A stretch of DNA of 64,000 nt, taken from NCBI GenBank assembly GCA_963709405.1, contig CAVPXM010000013.1, positions 46,419-110,418 on the forward strand, in the 5' to 3' direction. This DNA comes from an uncultured Nitrososphaerales archaeon (GTDB lineage Archaea > Thermoproteota > Nitrososphaeria > Nitrososphaerales > Nitrososphaeraceae). Every line of letters begins with the position of its first letter. The first letter of the stretch is position 1. The position numbers and the translations under genes are program-made. Below, in pieces: positions 9,617 through 20,767 of this stretch. Under the pieces are notes generated by a model that had not been told where the DNA came from, did not search any database, and worked only from the letters and a program-made list of their open reading frames with translations.

Positions 9617-10372
9617 TTGATATACAAGACAAAATGGACGGCAATAAAATCAGTTTTTAGTCTTATTGCGCTGTTGATGTTAGCAACTCTCATAACAGCA
9701 GCAACCTCCATTCAGACAACGTTAGCACGGCCAATAATGGGCGATAGTAATATGAGCATGGCAAACGGTAGCGGCGCTGGAATGGATTCTAATCCTATGA
9801 GCTTTGCAAACAACATGTTCAATGCATCGTCTCTATATGGTTCTGTCGGTATAAGCATGGTAAACGGAGTCAAAGTGACATCAATAAATCTTTTAGGAAA
9901 TAATGAAATATCTGTAACATTGAGACATTTGGCAACGGCAGATACAGCTACTGCTAATAACGTAAATGCAAGCACCATGTCATCACCGTCACGTGTTACA
10001 GTTACCGCAATAAGAGCACCACTGAATCTTAAAGATCTCATGGCACTCGCTTCAGAATCCAGCAAGATGATGGCACATAACACCAATAATACAATGAGTA
10101 ACCCAATGATGATGGGTGGGCCTCTGCAAGGATTTGGAGGAGCAAATAATGGCACAAACAACGTTAATCCATTGTCTTTCGTAACTGATCTTCAAATAGG
10201 CAGCAGTAGTACATCAGCTAATGCAGATTGGAGTTTACCGCAAATAGTTAGAATGGGATTGACAGGTATGATGGGCAGTACTAATACTAATAGTTCCACC
10301 GCATCTACTGCTGATTTCATTATAGTAACAGTAATTCCATATACTGGCAAATCGACTAGCCCAGCTGGATAA
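9617..10372 (+). CDS. Secreted Met/Asn/Ser-rich hypothetical protein
   Basis: N-terminal hydrophobic signal; beta-strand segments separated by Met-rich low-complexity loops. Confidence 0.7.
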   Translation: MIYKTKWTAIKSVFSLIALLMLATLITAATSIQTTLARPIMGDSNMSMANGSGAGMDSNPMSFANNMFNASSLYGSVGISMVNGVKVTSINLLGNNEISVTLRHLATADTATANNVNASTMSSPSRVTVTAIRAPLNLKDLMALASESSKMMAHNTNNTMSNPMMMGGPLQGFGGANNGTNNVNPLSFVTDLQIGSSSTSANADWSLPQIVRMGLTGMMGSTNTNSSTASTADFIIVTVIPYTGKSTSPAG

Positions 10373-10433
10373 TCAGCGGTGGATTACACTCATTATTTTT
10401 TGCCTCTTTCGTGCTTCATTCATTGAAGTACAT

Positions 10434-10939
10434 ATAATGCAAGACAGCAAACAGCAAAACTGTTGGCAAATGCCGCATTCGGAGTTTATGGAAGTCCTAA
10501 TTTCAAATATGCTAATTATAAGGTGGCTGAGACTATCACAGCAGCTGGCTGGATAATTGACGAGGATATGATAAACCTCTGTTCTGAAGAACGATTTGGA
10601 TTTGAAGTGGTCTTTGGGTTTACCGATGGAATTTTAGTTAAAAATGCTACCATTGAGAAAATTAATCAGTATATCAAGGAGGCTGAACAAAAACTTGATG
10701 TTGAAATTGAACACAAAAACGGATTCTTAAATACATTGATATTTCCACAATTAAATAGATATTTAGCCCGGAGTGGTAGACCAGATGAAAAACCCATATT
10801 AAAGAATATTGATGGCATGAATAAACGCTCTCCAAAATGGGTTCAAAAATATATTGAAAAAATTGCCACATGTCTTATTACTAATCCCAGCCGTGAGCAA
10901 ATCCTGAAATATACTTTTAGCATAACGCATAGTTTATAA
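10434..10939 (+). pseudogene. Fragment of a different family B DNA polymerase (fingers/palm)
   Basis: ARQQTAKLLANAAFGVYG (motif B), AETITAAG, FEVVFGFTDGILV (variant motif C); no N-terminal domains. Confidence 0.8.
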
Positions 10940-11085
10940 AAATAGTGGGCTATAACAGAAGTGAACCATGATTATATTGACTATTCAAAGCTATAACTCA
11001 AAAATGAATTATAAGCAGCAGTTATAAAAGAAAACTAGATCTGCCTATCATAGAATAAGTATGAGCCAAATACTTCTATAAATTA

Positions 11086-12590
11086 ATGAGGAAGGAAAAC
11101 TATTCATCCCGTTCTAATGAGAGCAACAAACCCAGAAAACAGAGAGCACTTGTTCTTCAGGGAGGCGGAACACTTGGAGCATATGAAGCAGGCGTTTTAG
11201 AGATATTATGCAAGACCCTATCTGAAGAAGACAAAGAAAAGAATAGAAAAGATGGATTATTATTTGACATTGTCGCAGGGGCGTCGATAGGTGCTATGAA
11301 TGGCGCGGTACTTGTAAGTAATTTCCTGAATACTCATAGTTGGGAAAAAGCTGTAGAGAAACTTCAAAAATTTTGGACAGACCAATTATCTGTAAAACAA
11401 ATGGATGTCAGTGAAATAAGTAAACCTTGGTATAATAAATGGAAATCTAGAGTGCCAAAAGTAGCTTCTCCAGAAGGAGCTAGATGATACTATTCAGTTA
11501 AAAACCTGCTTCTTAATAATGTAGGAAACAATGTATATTATCTTTTGGATCCTATCGAGGACGAGAAATTTTTTGATAATTTGTACCAAGAGTGTGGTCC
11601 AAACACGGATAACCAAGGTTGTAAAGATCCAAATTGTAAGAAACCAAATTTTCTGAATAATTATTGGCTAGTTCATAGCTCCGAGCCATTACAAGAAAGT
11701 ATCGAGAAATATGCTAATCTTCCAATACTGACTGATTATAATGACAATCAGCCTCCTGAAGGTGTTACTGTAACATTTGATAGTTATCCTAAAGCAGATG
11801 GCTCAAGAAAGTCAGAGTATAAAGTCACAACTAACCAAAAAAAGAAGGAATTAGTAATCAAGTACAATGACGGCATTGGCATTGAACATATTATGGCAAG
11901 TGGCACAATCCCAGAATTCTACAAGTATGCGCAGATTCCTATCAATTCCACAGGCAGCCAAAAGGATCAAGACTCAACGAATAAGCTTGCAAAAACTAGT
12001 GAAAATAAGGATGGAGCGCGTTACTTTACTGATGGAGGGGTATTAAATAATACTCCTTTTAGAGAACTCTTGAGTGCCCATCGAGAATATTGGAAAGATG
12101 TAAAAAAATAGATGAAATTCCAGACCTTGATGTATATATAGTAAATGTCCATGCTTCCAAAGTGGATAATGTTCGCGAGGATTATGATGGTGTGAGGGAA
12201 AGACACCTTGACCTAACATATTGTGACAGAACATCACATTATGATGAAGAGAACGCACATCTGATATCAGACTACGCCAGTTTTTGTAACCAATTGAAGG
12301 AGCTTGTAGATTATGCTATAAATCAGACGACTGATAAAAACCAGAAACGAGTACTGAAGGATAGAGTCAATGGAATATTGTTAACAAAAACCTGCAATGA
12401 AACTGGTCTAAGTCACCTAAGAAAGTATGAGGACCTTCCTGGAAATGCATTCAATCTTAATGTAGCTTACGAATAGAGCGTGGTAGCCACATTAACGATG
12501 GTAACAGTAAAACAGGTGATTTAACACTTGAAACTATAAATAAACTAATAAAAGAAGGAAAGTGTGACTCATGGTTCTCAATAAGTAACT
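11086..12590 (+). pseudogene. Patatin-like phospholipase, disrupted
   Basis: LVLQGGGTLGAY, GASIG nucleophile elbow, DGGVLNNTP; internal stops. Confidence 0.88.
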
Positions 12591-12604
12591 GCCTATAATG
12601 AATA

Positions 12605-13191
12605 GTGGTAACAATAAATCTTTCTTCTGAGGACAAGAAGGAGGGAATAATAATTAGAAAAACAGATTCGACTCCATTTAAGAAGCAAGTAGATTGGCGT
12701 CGGAATAAGGTCCTAGAGTTACTGGTACAAGGTCAAAATCAGTATGACATTGCAGAGGTTCTTCAAATCAGTCAACCCACAATAAGTGGAGATGTACAGT
12801 CTGTGAATCAAAAGCCAAAGAAGAAATCAAATTACATATCAATGAGAAATTACCAGAGGAATACCAGCGATGCCTGACAGGAATTAATCAGGTATTAAAG
12901 ATTGCATGGGACATGGCCAATAAACTCCCCCAAGACAGCAGACTAAAACTTCAAGCATTATAATTAGCAAATGATTGTTACAAATACAAAATGGATTTAC
13001 TCACAAATGCCTCTGTGTTAAGTGATGCAATCAAATTTGTAGAGAGCTCTAAAGACAAACTGGAAACCATAAAGTCAGATACTCGCCCTGAGGAACGACG
13101 CGAAGATAATATTATCACTAGGAATAACAAAGATGACGTTCAAGGACCTACAGAAGATACTACAAGAGATAACACAAACCACAAGAGATAG
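12605..13191 (+). pseudogene. HTH protein (terminase-small-subunit-like position), frameshifted
   Basis: WRRNKVLELLVQGQNQYDIAEVLQISQPTISGDV HTH; continues in another frame; overlaps the start of the next gene. Confidence 0.6.
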
Positions 13192-13497
13192 CACTTTTTA
13201 GTATCTAAAAGGAAAAGAGTTTTGGATTTGGAATTCTGAACAGCATAGATTAGAGGACATAAGAACCAACGGAGACTGTTGTTTTAACCACATTATAGGG
13301 CTTCCAAAGAAGAATGGGATGGAAAAGCCTCTCTATGATTACGAGAAGATAATCTTCGACAACTTGCAATCACATAAACACATATGGATAAAAAAGCTAC
13401 TGGCTTAGGTATCACTGAGTTCTTTCTACGGTACATTGCATGGATTTGCTTGAGAAACAATGAATATCAAGGCTCTCAGATCTGTATAGTAACAGGT
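13133..13497 (+). pseudogene. Terminase-large-subunit-like ATPase N-terminal fragment
   Basis: Read manually: MTFKDLQK..FWIWN..GDCCFNHIIGLPKK..LYDYEKII..KHIWIKK-ATGLGITEFFLRYIAW..ICIVTG; one stop, one frameshift; truncated by the IS fragment. Confidence 0.6.
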
Positions 13498-13643
13498 CGG
13501 TTGTAGAAAGAACAAATTCACGGCACAACAGGTTCAGAAAACTTTTGGTTACATATGAAAAGAAGTTAGAAAACTATTTTGCTTTAGTATGTTTAGGCTG
13601 TTGTATTGTTATCTACAGGAGGATAATTTTGGGATAGGCTCTA
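13498..13643 (+). mobile_element. IS5-family 3' end remnant
   Basis: VVERTNSRHNRFRKLLVTYEKKLENYFALVCLGC followed by TIR-like TTTTGGGATAGGCTCT. Confidence 0.7.
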
Positions 13644-13699
13644 AGCTAATTTGACTATTACTTTGAATTGGCTGCGCTACTACTATTTATGCTCCTTGA

Positions 13700-13860
13700 T
13701 TCGGTACAGACATTGCACCCATCATTGTACCCTTTCATAAACTCATTTGTATGAAAACTTGGGCCTTTACCTGGAGTATCTAAATTTGGATGTCCTCAGG
13801 CTTTTGCATTAGAACATCCATGACTATATCCTGAACTGTATGGCGATGTAGCAGATGGAT
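13700..13860 (-). pseudogene. Fragment of a small secreted Cys-containing protein family
   Basis: SPYSSGYSHGCSNAKA*GHPNLDTPGKGPSFHTNEFMKGYNDGCNVC read on the minus strand. Confidence 0.45.
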
Positions 13861-14281
13861 GGAAGCTGATTTTCAGTCTTTTATTAGTAGGCTAGATACT
13901 ATATGCTATTTCGGATGGGAGATTTGCCACTTGGGACCAAGTGCTTGCAAAGGTCCTTACTCACAAAATATGTACATCCCGCCTTCTAAATTCAAATTCT
14001 AAAAGGGAGAGAGAGAGAGCAGAATAAGCATACTTCGCTTCGCCATGTAAAGTCGTGAACCTAAACGCTTAATTGGATATCGATAATTGCATTCCTTGAA
14101 ATACGGTTAGCTCAGATAAATTTTTCTTTGTACTTGACATTATATAAACAACAAAAAAGTGTATTGCATTGCATTCCTACTGGTTTAATTATGGCTACCT
14201 AAAATATAGTAGTAAGCTTGAAGACTAGTAACAATATCATAAAGAAGGAGAGAATGCTCGCTATACAATAATGATGAAGAT

Positions 14282-14748
14282 ATAGTTTTTGAATACTTTA
14301 GACTTATCAAAAATAAAGATATTGAACGCCTGATGAATTTATTCTCTCCTGATGCAATAGTTTATGAGCCATTCAGCAAATTAAGAGGAGGACTAAAAGG
14401 CAAACAAGCTATTGAGTCTTTTCTTGATATTGTAATCATGGCCAATGATGAGCTGCAATATAATATTATTATTGAAAATACGTCAGATATGAAAAAAGAT
14501 CCAATATGCATGGTAATGATAATCAGGATAACATAGGTAACAGTAGAAATATCTTTGGCATGAAGGTTATTAATGCACTGGTATTCTTTGAAAAAGGAGG
14601 TTCGCTAAGAGCCAGATTTACCTTTGAACTAAGTTCGGATGATAATATTTACCATGATGATAATTATAATGATAATAACAATAATCGTGATACTAACTTA
14701 AAATATAACAACAAGATAACGACTTTACATATTCAGTTCATTAAGTAG
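14282..14748 (+). pseudogene. SnoaL/NTF2-like protein, frameshifted
   Basis: EYFRLIKNKDIERLMNLFSPDAIVYEPFS..LKGKQAIESFL..KITTLHIQF. Confidence 0.7.
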
Positions 14749-16084
14749 CTGCCGTCTTTTGTTATAGCTTTACTACTTCTTTTAGTGTGTATATGAATTT
14801 ATTTATTTGTTTATTTCATTAACAAATGGCCTCATCCATAAAATTACCTATATGGCATTGTAGGTGCTATCTTGTTCAAAGCAGATATTACTTTATTTAG
14901 GCTTTTACCGGAACTTGTCAATACCAGAAGTACTTGATGTTTGTCTCCTCCAGCTGTTGAACCCGCACCACGCAGACTTGTTTACAAAGCCCATTTTACT
15001 CTACATACTAAATGTTAATGCAGTATGTAATCATCCTAACAATTATATGATTAATAAGAACTAAAATATTCGATGCAAATGTTGCGAAACGAAGTATCTT
15101 AACCATTTAGAAGCGAAGTAGCGAGGTGTGGACATACCTGATCCAAGTTTATGCCTCAGTATCTTAGATAGATAAGCGATTTATAGATGAAAGCTACAAA
15201 AACTATGATTGCGCCTTATTTAACCAGTACAGATTTTATTCTAGAGCAAGAAATCGATGGCATAAAATTGTATTCTTAGTTTCCTGATGGCAATATGTCA
15301 GTAATGGAAGAGTACAGCTGATGCCTCAGATACACATTTTGTGTTTATTTTGCATATTTAGATTTGATTATATTTCTCTCAATGGATTTAGTAATAAATG
15401 ATGTCACACCTTATGACTAGAAACCATCATCTAGAAATCGAAGGAGGCATACTTGCCAGTGCAAGTCCAGGAGTAGCAAAGAATGTGACTGGTTACGATG
15501 CTAGGATTAGCTCCAGACGCCGGCAATGTCATACATTATTTTTTGCTCTGTAAATCGTGTTTTTGGTGTGCATCTTACATCAATTACACATCTAATATGG
15601 TGAAGATCAACTTCAGCTGATAAAATTAGAACGTGCCCATTGTGTATGGATGACAGCATAGATCCCATGCCGCTATCATAGCATGAACAGTACTTCTTTA
15701 ACTATTCTAAGAAATCGGGAGTAGTTTTAGAATTTAAAAGATAGCCATCATGTATTTATCTTAATCAAATTTTTTTGTGATAATCATAGATCAACCGGAT
15801 ATTTTTTACAAGTGTCTCAAAGGGCTAACAATTTATCTGCACTATTGGCACTAACAAAAAACCGGCGGTCTCAATATGATGATACTAGAAGTCAATGGTA
15901 TTCCCGGATATTTAATAGTGTCAACTGCCTCTGATTTATGATCAACGAGAAAGTGATTAACGATAAGAAGATGATAGAGCACATAAAACCTATTACAGCC
16001 AAATACTACGAAAACAAGCTCCTGAAAATGCATCAGTAGATGAAAAAAGTTTTAATTCATATCATATCTTTATTTCCTTGGTCT

Positions 16085-16642
16085 TTAATTCATATCTTGC
16101 TTTGAAACTATTGGATCATATAGTCCAGAAGACATGAAAATGTGTTTCTTAGTAAGATCTGGCAATGTTTCTGGCACAAGTGGTACCGTAGCACGAAAAA
16201 GAATAGCAGAAGAGAGTATTTCTGGACGAAGTAATAGCATACTGGCTGCTATGTTTGCACCATTAGAATACCCTACAGCTATTACATGCCGCAAATCAAA
16301 GTCATAAGTTTTCGATGCATCATTTACAAAATCTGCTAGCTCATTTGTACGGAATTTCAAATCCTCTATATCAAAAACTCCTTCTGCTAGTCTGCGAAAG
16401 AATCGGGGTGCAATGCCATTTTCCAATACTTTTCCTCTTGGACTTAATATTGCTGCTCTCTGATCTAGTTCGTACACCAATGGAATTAGATCTTGTTCGT
16501 TTCCGCCAGTACCGTGAAGTAAAAGAAAAGTTGTAAATGCTTTTCCTTCTGTTGCTAGTTGTCTTGTTCTCTCTTCGCACTCTTCATTTTTTGGAGGCAT
16601 AAAACTGTGGATGAAACCAAGTTTAGTTTTCTTCTTATCCAT
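16085..16642 (-). CDS. Phospholipase/carboxylesterase (MhqD-like alpha/beta hydrolase), C-terminally truncated
   Basis: LLLHGTGGNEQDL, RFFRRLAEGVFD, GYSNGANIA; catalytic His region missing. Confidence 0.85.
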   Translation of the reverse strand: MDKKKTKLGFIHSFMPPKNEECEERTRQLATEGKAFTTFLLLHGTGGNEQDLIPLVYELDQRAAILSPRGKVLENGIAPRFFRRLAEGVFDIEDLKFRTNELADFVNDASKTYDFDLRHVIAVGYSNGANIAASMLLLRPEILSSAILFRATVPLVPETLPDLTKKHIFMSSGLYDPIVSKQDMN

Positions 16643-16674
16643 TTTTAGCTTTAATTCCCTTTATTATCAGATTG

Positions 16675-17196
16675 TTATTTTTTGCTTAACACTTGCTCTT
16701 TTTCTTTTTTATGTGGTAAATGTGCTGGCGGTAGAACTCTCTCAAGATCTTTACGTACTGATTCAAGCCATTTGGGTAATGTCAAATGTGTTCCAAGTTC
16801 TTCTGCCTTTTCATCTATTGTAAATCCTGGTGGATTTGTAGCAATTTCAAACAGTACCCCACCTGGCTCACGGAAATATACTGAGTGAAAATAGGTACGA
16901 TCTATAACAGGTGTTGCGTTCAGACCGGCTTTCACTATTTTATCGGGTAAAGCTCTTTGTTGTTCATCAGTAGGTGTGCGCCAAGCTACATGATGTACTG
17001 TTCCAACACCCATCATCCCATATCGTGTATTTGGCAGGCAAAGTACATCTATGATATTAGATCCATGATAGTATTCCTTGCTATTGTTTCGATTAGCATC
17101 ATCATCTTTAGCTGTGCTAATTTGGAAGCGAAAACGGCTTCCATCTTGACCTGTGAGCTTAAACCCTAATTCATTATTCAAGATATAACAAAGCAT
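16675..17196 (-). pseudogene. Ring-cleaving dioxygenase (MhqO/glyoxalase family), C-terminal half
   Basis: GTVHHVAWR, VIDRTYFHSVYFREPGGVLFEIAT; N-terminal half absent. Confidence 0.85.
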
Positions 17197-17287
17197 CGAT
17201 AATTATAATACGTACATGTTCAAAAATTACAATAATCATCACTAGACCACTGATAAGTCCATAAAGGATGATGTTGTAAAAGATTCA

Positions 17288-17566
17288 TTGTCAACAGCAA
17301 CAATAGCAACTAATAATGATAAAAAATTAAAGACAATAAACCCAGCCACTGAAGAGGTTCTTAATGAGTATACAATAATTAGCAAAGAGCAATTAAACGA
17401 TGCAGGAAAAAAATCAAAAAATGCGTTATTAGAATGGAAAGAAGATATTGATAAGCGTGCAGATTTCCTATATGCGTTTGCTAAAGAACTCAGGAAGAAT
17501 AAAGAAAACCTAGCCAAAACGGCTACACAGAAGATTGGATCAATCTTGAACGTCCATCCATGCTAA
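17288..17566 (+). pseudogene. Aldehyde dehydrogenase N-terminal fragment
   Basis: TINPATEEVL..W..RADFL..A.ELRKNKENLAKTAT, then stops. Confidence 0.75.
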
Positions 17567-17638
17567 ATAATCGAAGACTGAAGGATTGATTGAGTTTGAT
17601 ATAACTATTTATAATCTGGGCTATATAGCCAATTATCA

Positions 17639-17911
17639 ATGTCAGCTGCTGAAATGAGTAACAGGATAGAAAGAAAGAGAAAATTGGAAGATCAGCTCAA
17701 TAATAAAGTCTCAAACGAATGGAGTGACTTGGTTAAGAAATCAGATGAATATATGAAACAAATGCAGGAAAAAAATCGCCTTTATTATCAACAACAATTA
17801 GATAAAGAATTAGATGATATGGAAAAAGAGATTAACTCAGGAAACGTCGTAGCTGCAATGTATCATCGCTATGCGGCTGATAGCTACTTAAGATTACTTA
17901 ACCTACTATGA
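17639..17911 (+). CDS. Hypothetical helical protein
   Basis: 90-aa ORF with TTTATAA about 30 bp upstream. Confidence 0.55.
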   Translation: MSAAEMSNRIERKRKLEDQLNNKVSNEWSDLVKKSDEYMKQMQEKNRLYYQQQLDKELDDMEKEINSGNVVAAMYHRYAADSYLRLLNLL

Positions 17912-18492
17912 TTTGTTTAGATAATTCTAAATGATTTGCTATTTTTACTGATATCGGGTAATTAGAGAAACTTCCATAATGAATCGGATAAGATCAAGTT
18001 CGTTTAAATAAATGAGAAAAGTTTGATATGTTGTGTAGTCTCTAAACTAACTCTCTTCTCTTCTTTAGGTCTTTGAATGTCACCAAATTTATATGAATCT
18101 AAATTTAGCTTTAACTCTCACTCACAATTAATTTTAATAGTAATAATAATAATAACCATCGGAAGCTTTGTAAGGATATTTGACAATCCATCCTAATTGA
18201 GTAAGCTCCTTTTTTATGTAATCATAAGCTTCATTGTGTGTATCATGAAACTTTGGCATCGGAATAGTTCACTTGTATTTGAAGCGTTTTCTATTAAAGT
18301 AATGATAGCTTATAGACAATATCATTGATTTGAGAATTCATTTAAATAAATATGTAGTATGTCGAAAAAATCACAAATGTCTTTGATACAGACCATATTC
18401 TGTATCTAACTGATATATAAAAAATGCTATCAGAGAATAGGTTTTACAATATACTCTAACAAAAGTCATCAACTCTTCATTCATTTAGAGAA

Positions 18493-18792
18493 TTGAAGCT
18501 ACTATCTCTGATCTTGGTTATCCAGACTATTCTGAGTATTTCATACGGCATTCTGGTTCCACATACTGGCGTAAAAAGGATTCAGAAAAAAGCAGAGATA
18601 TTTCGTGAAATTGAACCCTATCTAACGTTTCTAAATGTTCACCAGCTAGAAAGCCAGGGCGCAGATATCCAGACTAACGTAGAAGAATTAGAGCAACTGA
18701 ATCAATCAATGAGAGACCGTGATAAAATGAAAGATGATGCGATAGCACACTTTGTCAGACCAACTTGTGGCTATAACGGGAAGGTTGCATGA
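18493..18792 (+). pseudogene. Tyrosine integrase C-terminal remnant
   Basis: Combined frames give SDLGYPDYSEYFIRHSGSTYWRKK-AEIFREIEPYLTFL plus a coiled-coil tail. Confidence 0.55.
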
Positions 18793-19589
18793 ACTAGAGA
18801 GAAGACAAATAACAGCATAGATATTTTGCCAATAGGAGTCACAGAAAACAAACAAAGAACTACAATGACAATAATAGTAAACGTCAAGTGATAATTGACA
18901 TCTGTTACTGTGGCCATAAACACAATTCTCATTATTCAGATGGACCATGTTATTTTCCATTATTTCTGTTGGTTAATTTAGAAGCAAAATTGCTAAGTAG
19001 TCGAAATAATTTCGCACGCATCTGGGTTGGGTATTGAACGCCTCCTTGCCATTCTTTTATCTTCACCTTTAAAAGGAAAGAACCTGAAGAAAAATTTTTC
19101 CCTCAACCTTTCAGTGACCTGTTACCATAGAATATTATCCAATAAATAGCACTACCCAGCAACTTAAAAGCCTCTTTCGTCTTCCTTTTCCTGTGAAGTG
19201 ACGTACATTCGTTATGTGACAAATTGTATATTCTTTGGAATTTTCTGCAGATCGGTTTTTGCAATATCTTCTTTTCCACATGTCAAATAGTTTCTTCTGA
19301 TTTTCAAAAGTTGATAAATGAATTGATTGCTAAAGTGGCATCTCAACGTATAAAATTCAAAACATGCTAAAACAGTAACTATTGAAGGACTTGCTAAATC
19401 AGCCTTTCTTTTGTATTTGTTATTGCATCCATAATATCTTGCTTATCCTGTTCTGTCATACCTTCAGCAATGAGGTACTGCGATAGCCATAGCTTTCCAT
19501 TTCGTATCGCTTTGCTGCTGTAAAAGTAATTAGTCGCCCATTACTAAAAAATGGTGGTCTGAACGTCCTCTTATATCCTGAGGCATTTT

Positions 19590-19716
19590 GGGAAGGGAGA
19601 GGATAGTATGGGTTAGTACGGTATTTTACCTATTGAAAGCTCCTCTCCCTGCCTCCAACTGGCTTCTTCTGTTATATGCAAGTCAAGGGAATTGATGCAT
19701 CAAGCCAACAAAAATC
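19590..19716 (+). promoter_or_regulatory. Promoter/operator of operon copy 2 with long imperfect palindrome and 12-bp perfect palindrome
   Basis: AGGGAGAGGA (19594-19603) and TCCTCTCCCT (19641-19650) inverted; GTTATATG at 19671; TTGATGCATCAA at 19692-19703. Confidence 0.6.
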
Positions 19717-20766
19717 ATGTCCCATGTTAGTGATTTGCAGCTAGAAGATTTGCCGGGAGTAGAACCCCATTTAATAAATAAGCTAAAACGAGCTGGCATA
19801 CAATCGGTTTTAGATTTAGCTGTATCTATCCCACATGAGCTTGCATTAGGAGCAACAGAGTATGATAGTGGTGATCGTGGCGCAGTTACGGCTGATACAG
19901 AGACTATATCAGATGCAGTTTTAAAAGCCAAAAGAGCTCTCATTGAGTCCGGCGCACTTATCAAAGAATTCTGTACTGCAGATCAAGTCCTAGAGAAAAG
20001 GAAATCCCTTGTCAGATTTACGACGGGTTCTAAAAACCTGGATGATTTTTTGGAAGGAGGAGTAGAATCTCAGGCTATAACAGAGCTTGCTGGAGAATTT
20101 GGTTCAGGAAAGAGTCAGATATGTCATGCATTATGTGTGACTGCTGCTAAAGCAGAAAGTAGCAGTCATATCAATAGTATAATATTTATCGATACTGAGA
20201 ACACATTTCGGCCAGAAAGAGTTCACCAGATAGCTGAAGCTAGAGGCCTTGATTCAGAAGAAATAATGAAAAAAGTGTTTGTTTGTAAAATAAATAATAG
20301 TGTTCAGCTAGAAGCCCTGATAAGAAACCTTGGCAAGGCCATAGAAGAGTACAAAGCCAAACTTGTTATCGTTGATAGCATCATTTCCCTTCATAGGGCA
20401 GAATACACCGGGAGAGAAACGTTAGCTGATAGACAGCAGAGACTTAATATCATGTTACATAAACTCTTGCGATTAGCAGAGATATACAATGTAGCGGTAG
20501 TTCTCACAAATCAAGTTCAGTCTTCACCAGATAGTACTTTTGGTGGCAGTAATTCCCTGAGAGCTTCGGGGGGTAATATCATGGGCCATGCTTGTACATA
20601 TAGAATTTTCCTTAGAAAAATAGGACAAGACAGATTAGCAATAATGGTTGATTCTCCCCTTCATGCATATGACCAAGTTAAATTTACAATTAGTGAAAAA
20701 GGAGTAGAAGATGCTGAAGAGAAAAAAATGGCAGCAACAGTAGAAGGTAATGAGTTAGGGTGGTAA
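19717..20766 (+). CDS. radA: RadA recombinase paralog, copy 2
   Basis: Same motifs as 103-1110 (GEFGSGKS, LVIVDS), with many substitutions and small indels. Confidence 0.93.
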   Translation: MSHVSDLQLEDLPGVEPHLINKLKRAGIQSVLDLAVSIPHELALGATEYDSGDRGAVTADTETISDAVLKAKRALIESGALIKEFCTADQVLEKRKSLVRFTTGSKNLDDFLEGGVESQAITELAGEFGSGKSQICHALCVTAAKAESSSHINSIIFIDTENTFRPERVHQIAEARGLDSEEIMKKVFVCKINNSVQLEALIRNLGKAIEEYKAKLVIVDSIISLHRAEYTGRETLADRQQRLNIMLHKLLRLAEIYNVAVVLTNQVQSSPDSTFGGSNSLRASGGNIMGHACTYRIFLRKIGQDRLAIMVDSPLHAYDQVKFTISEKGVEDAEEKKMAATVEGNELGW

Positions 20767-20767
20767 A

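Noticed and set aside
14864-16033. Short ORFs in the AT-rich interval
   Set aside because: No recognisable motifs; probably spurious or heavily decayed
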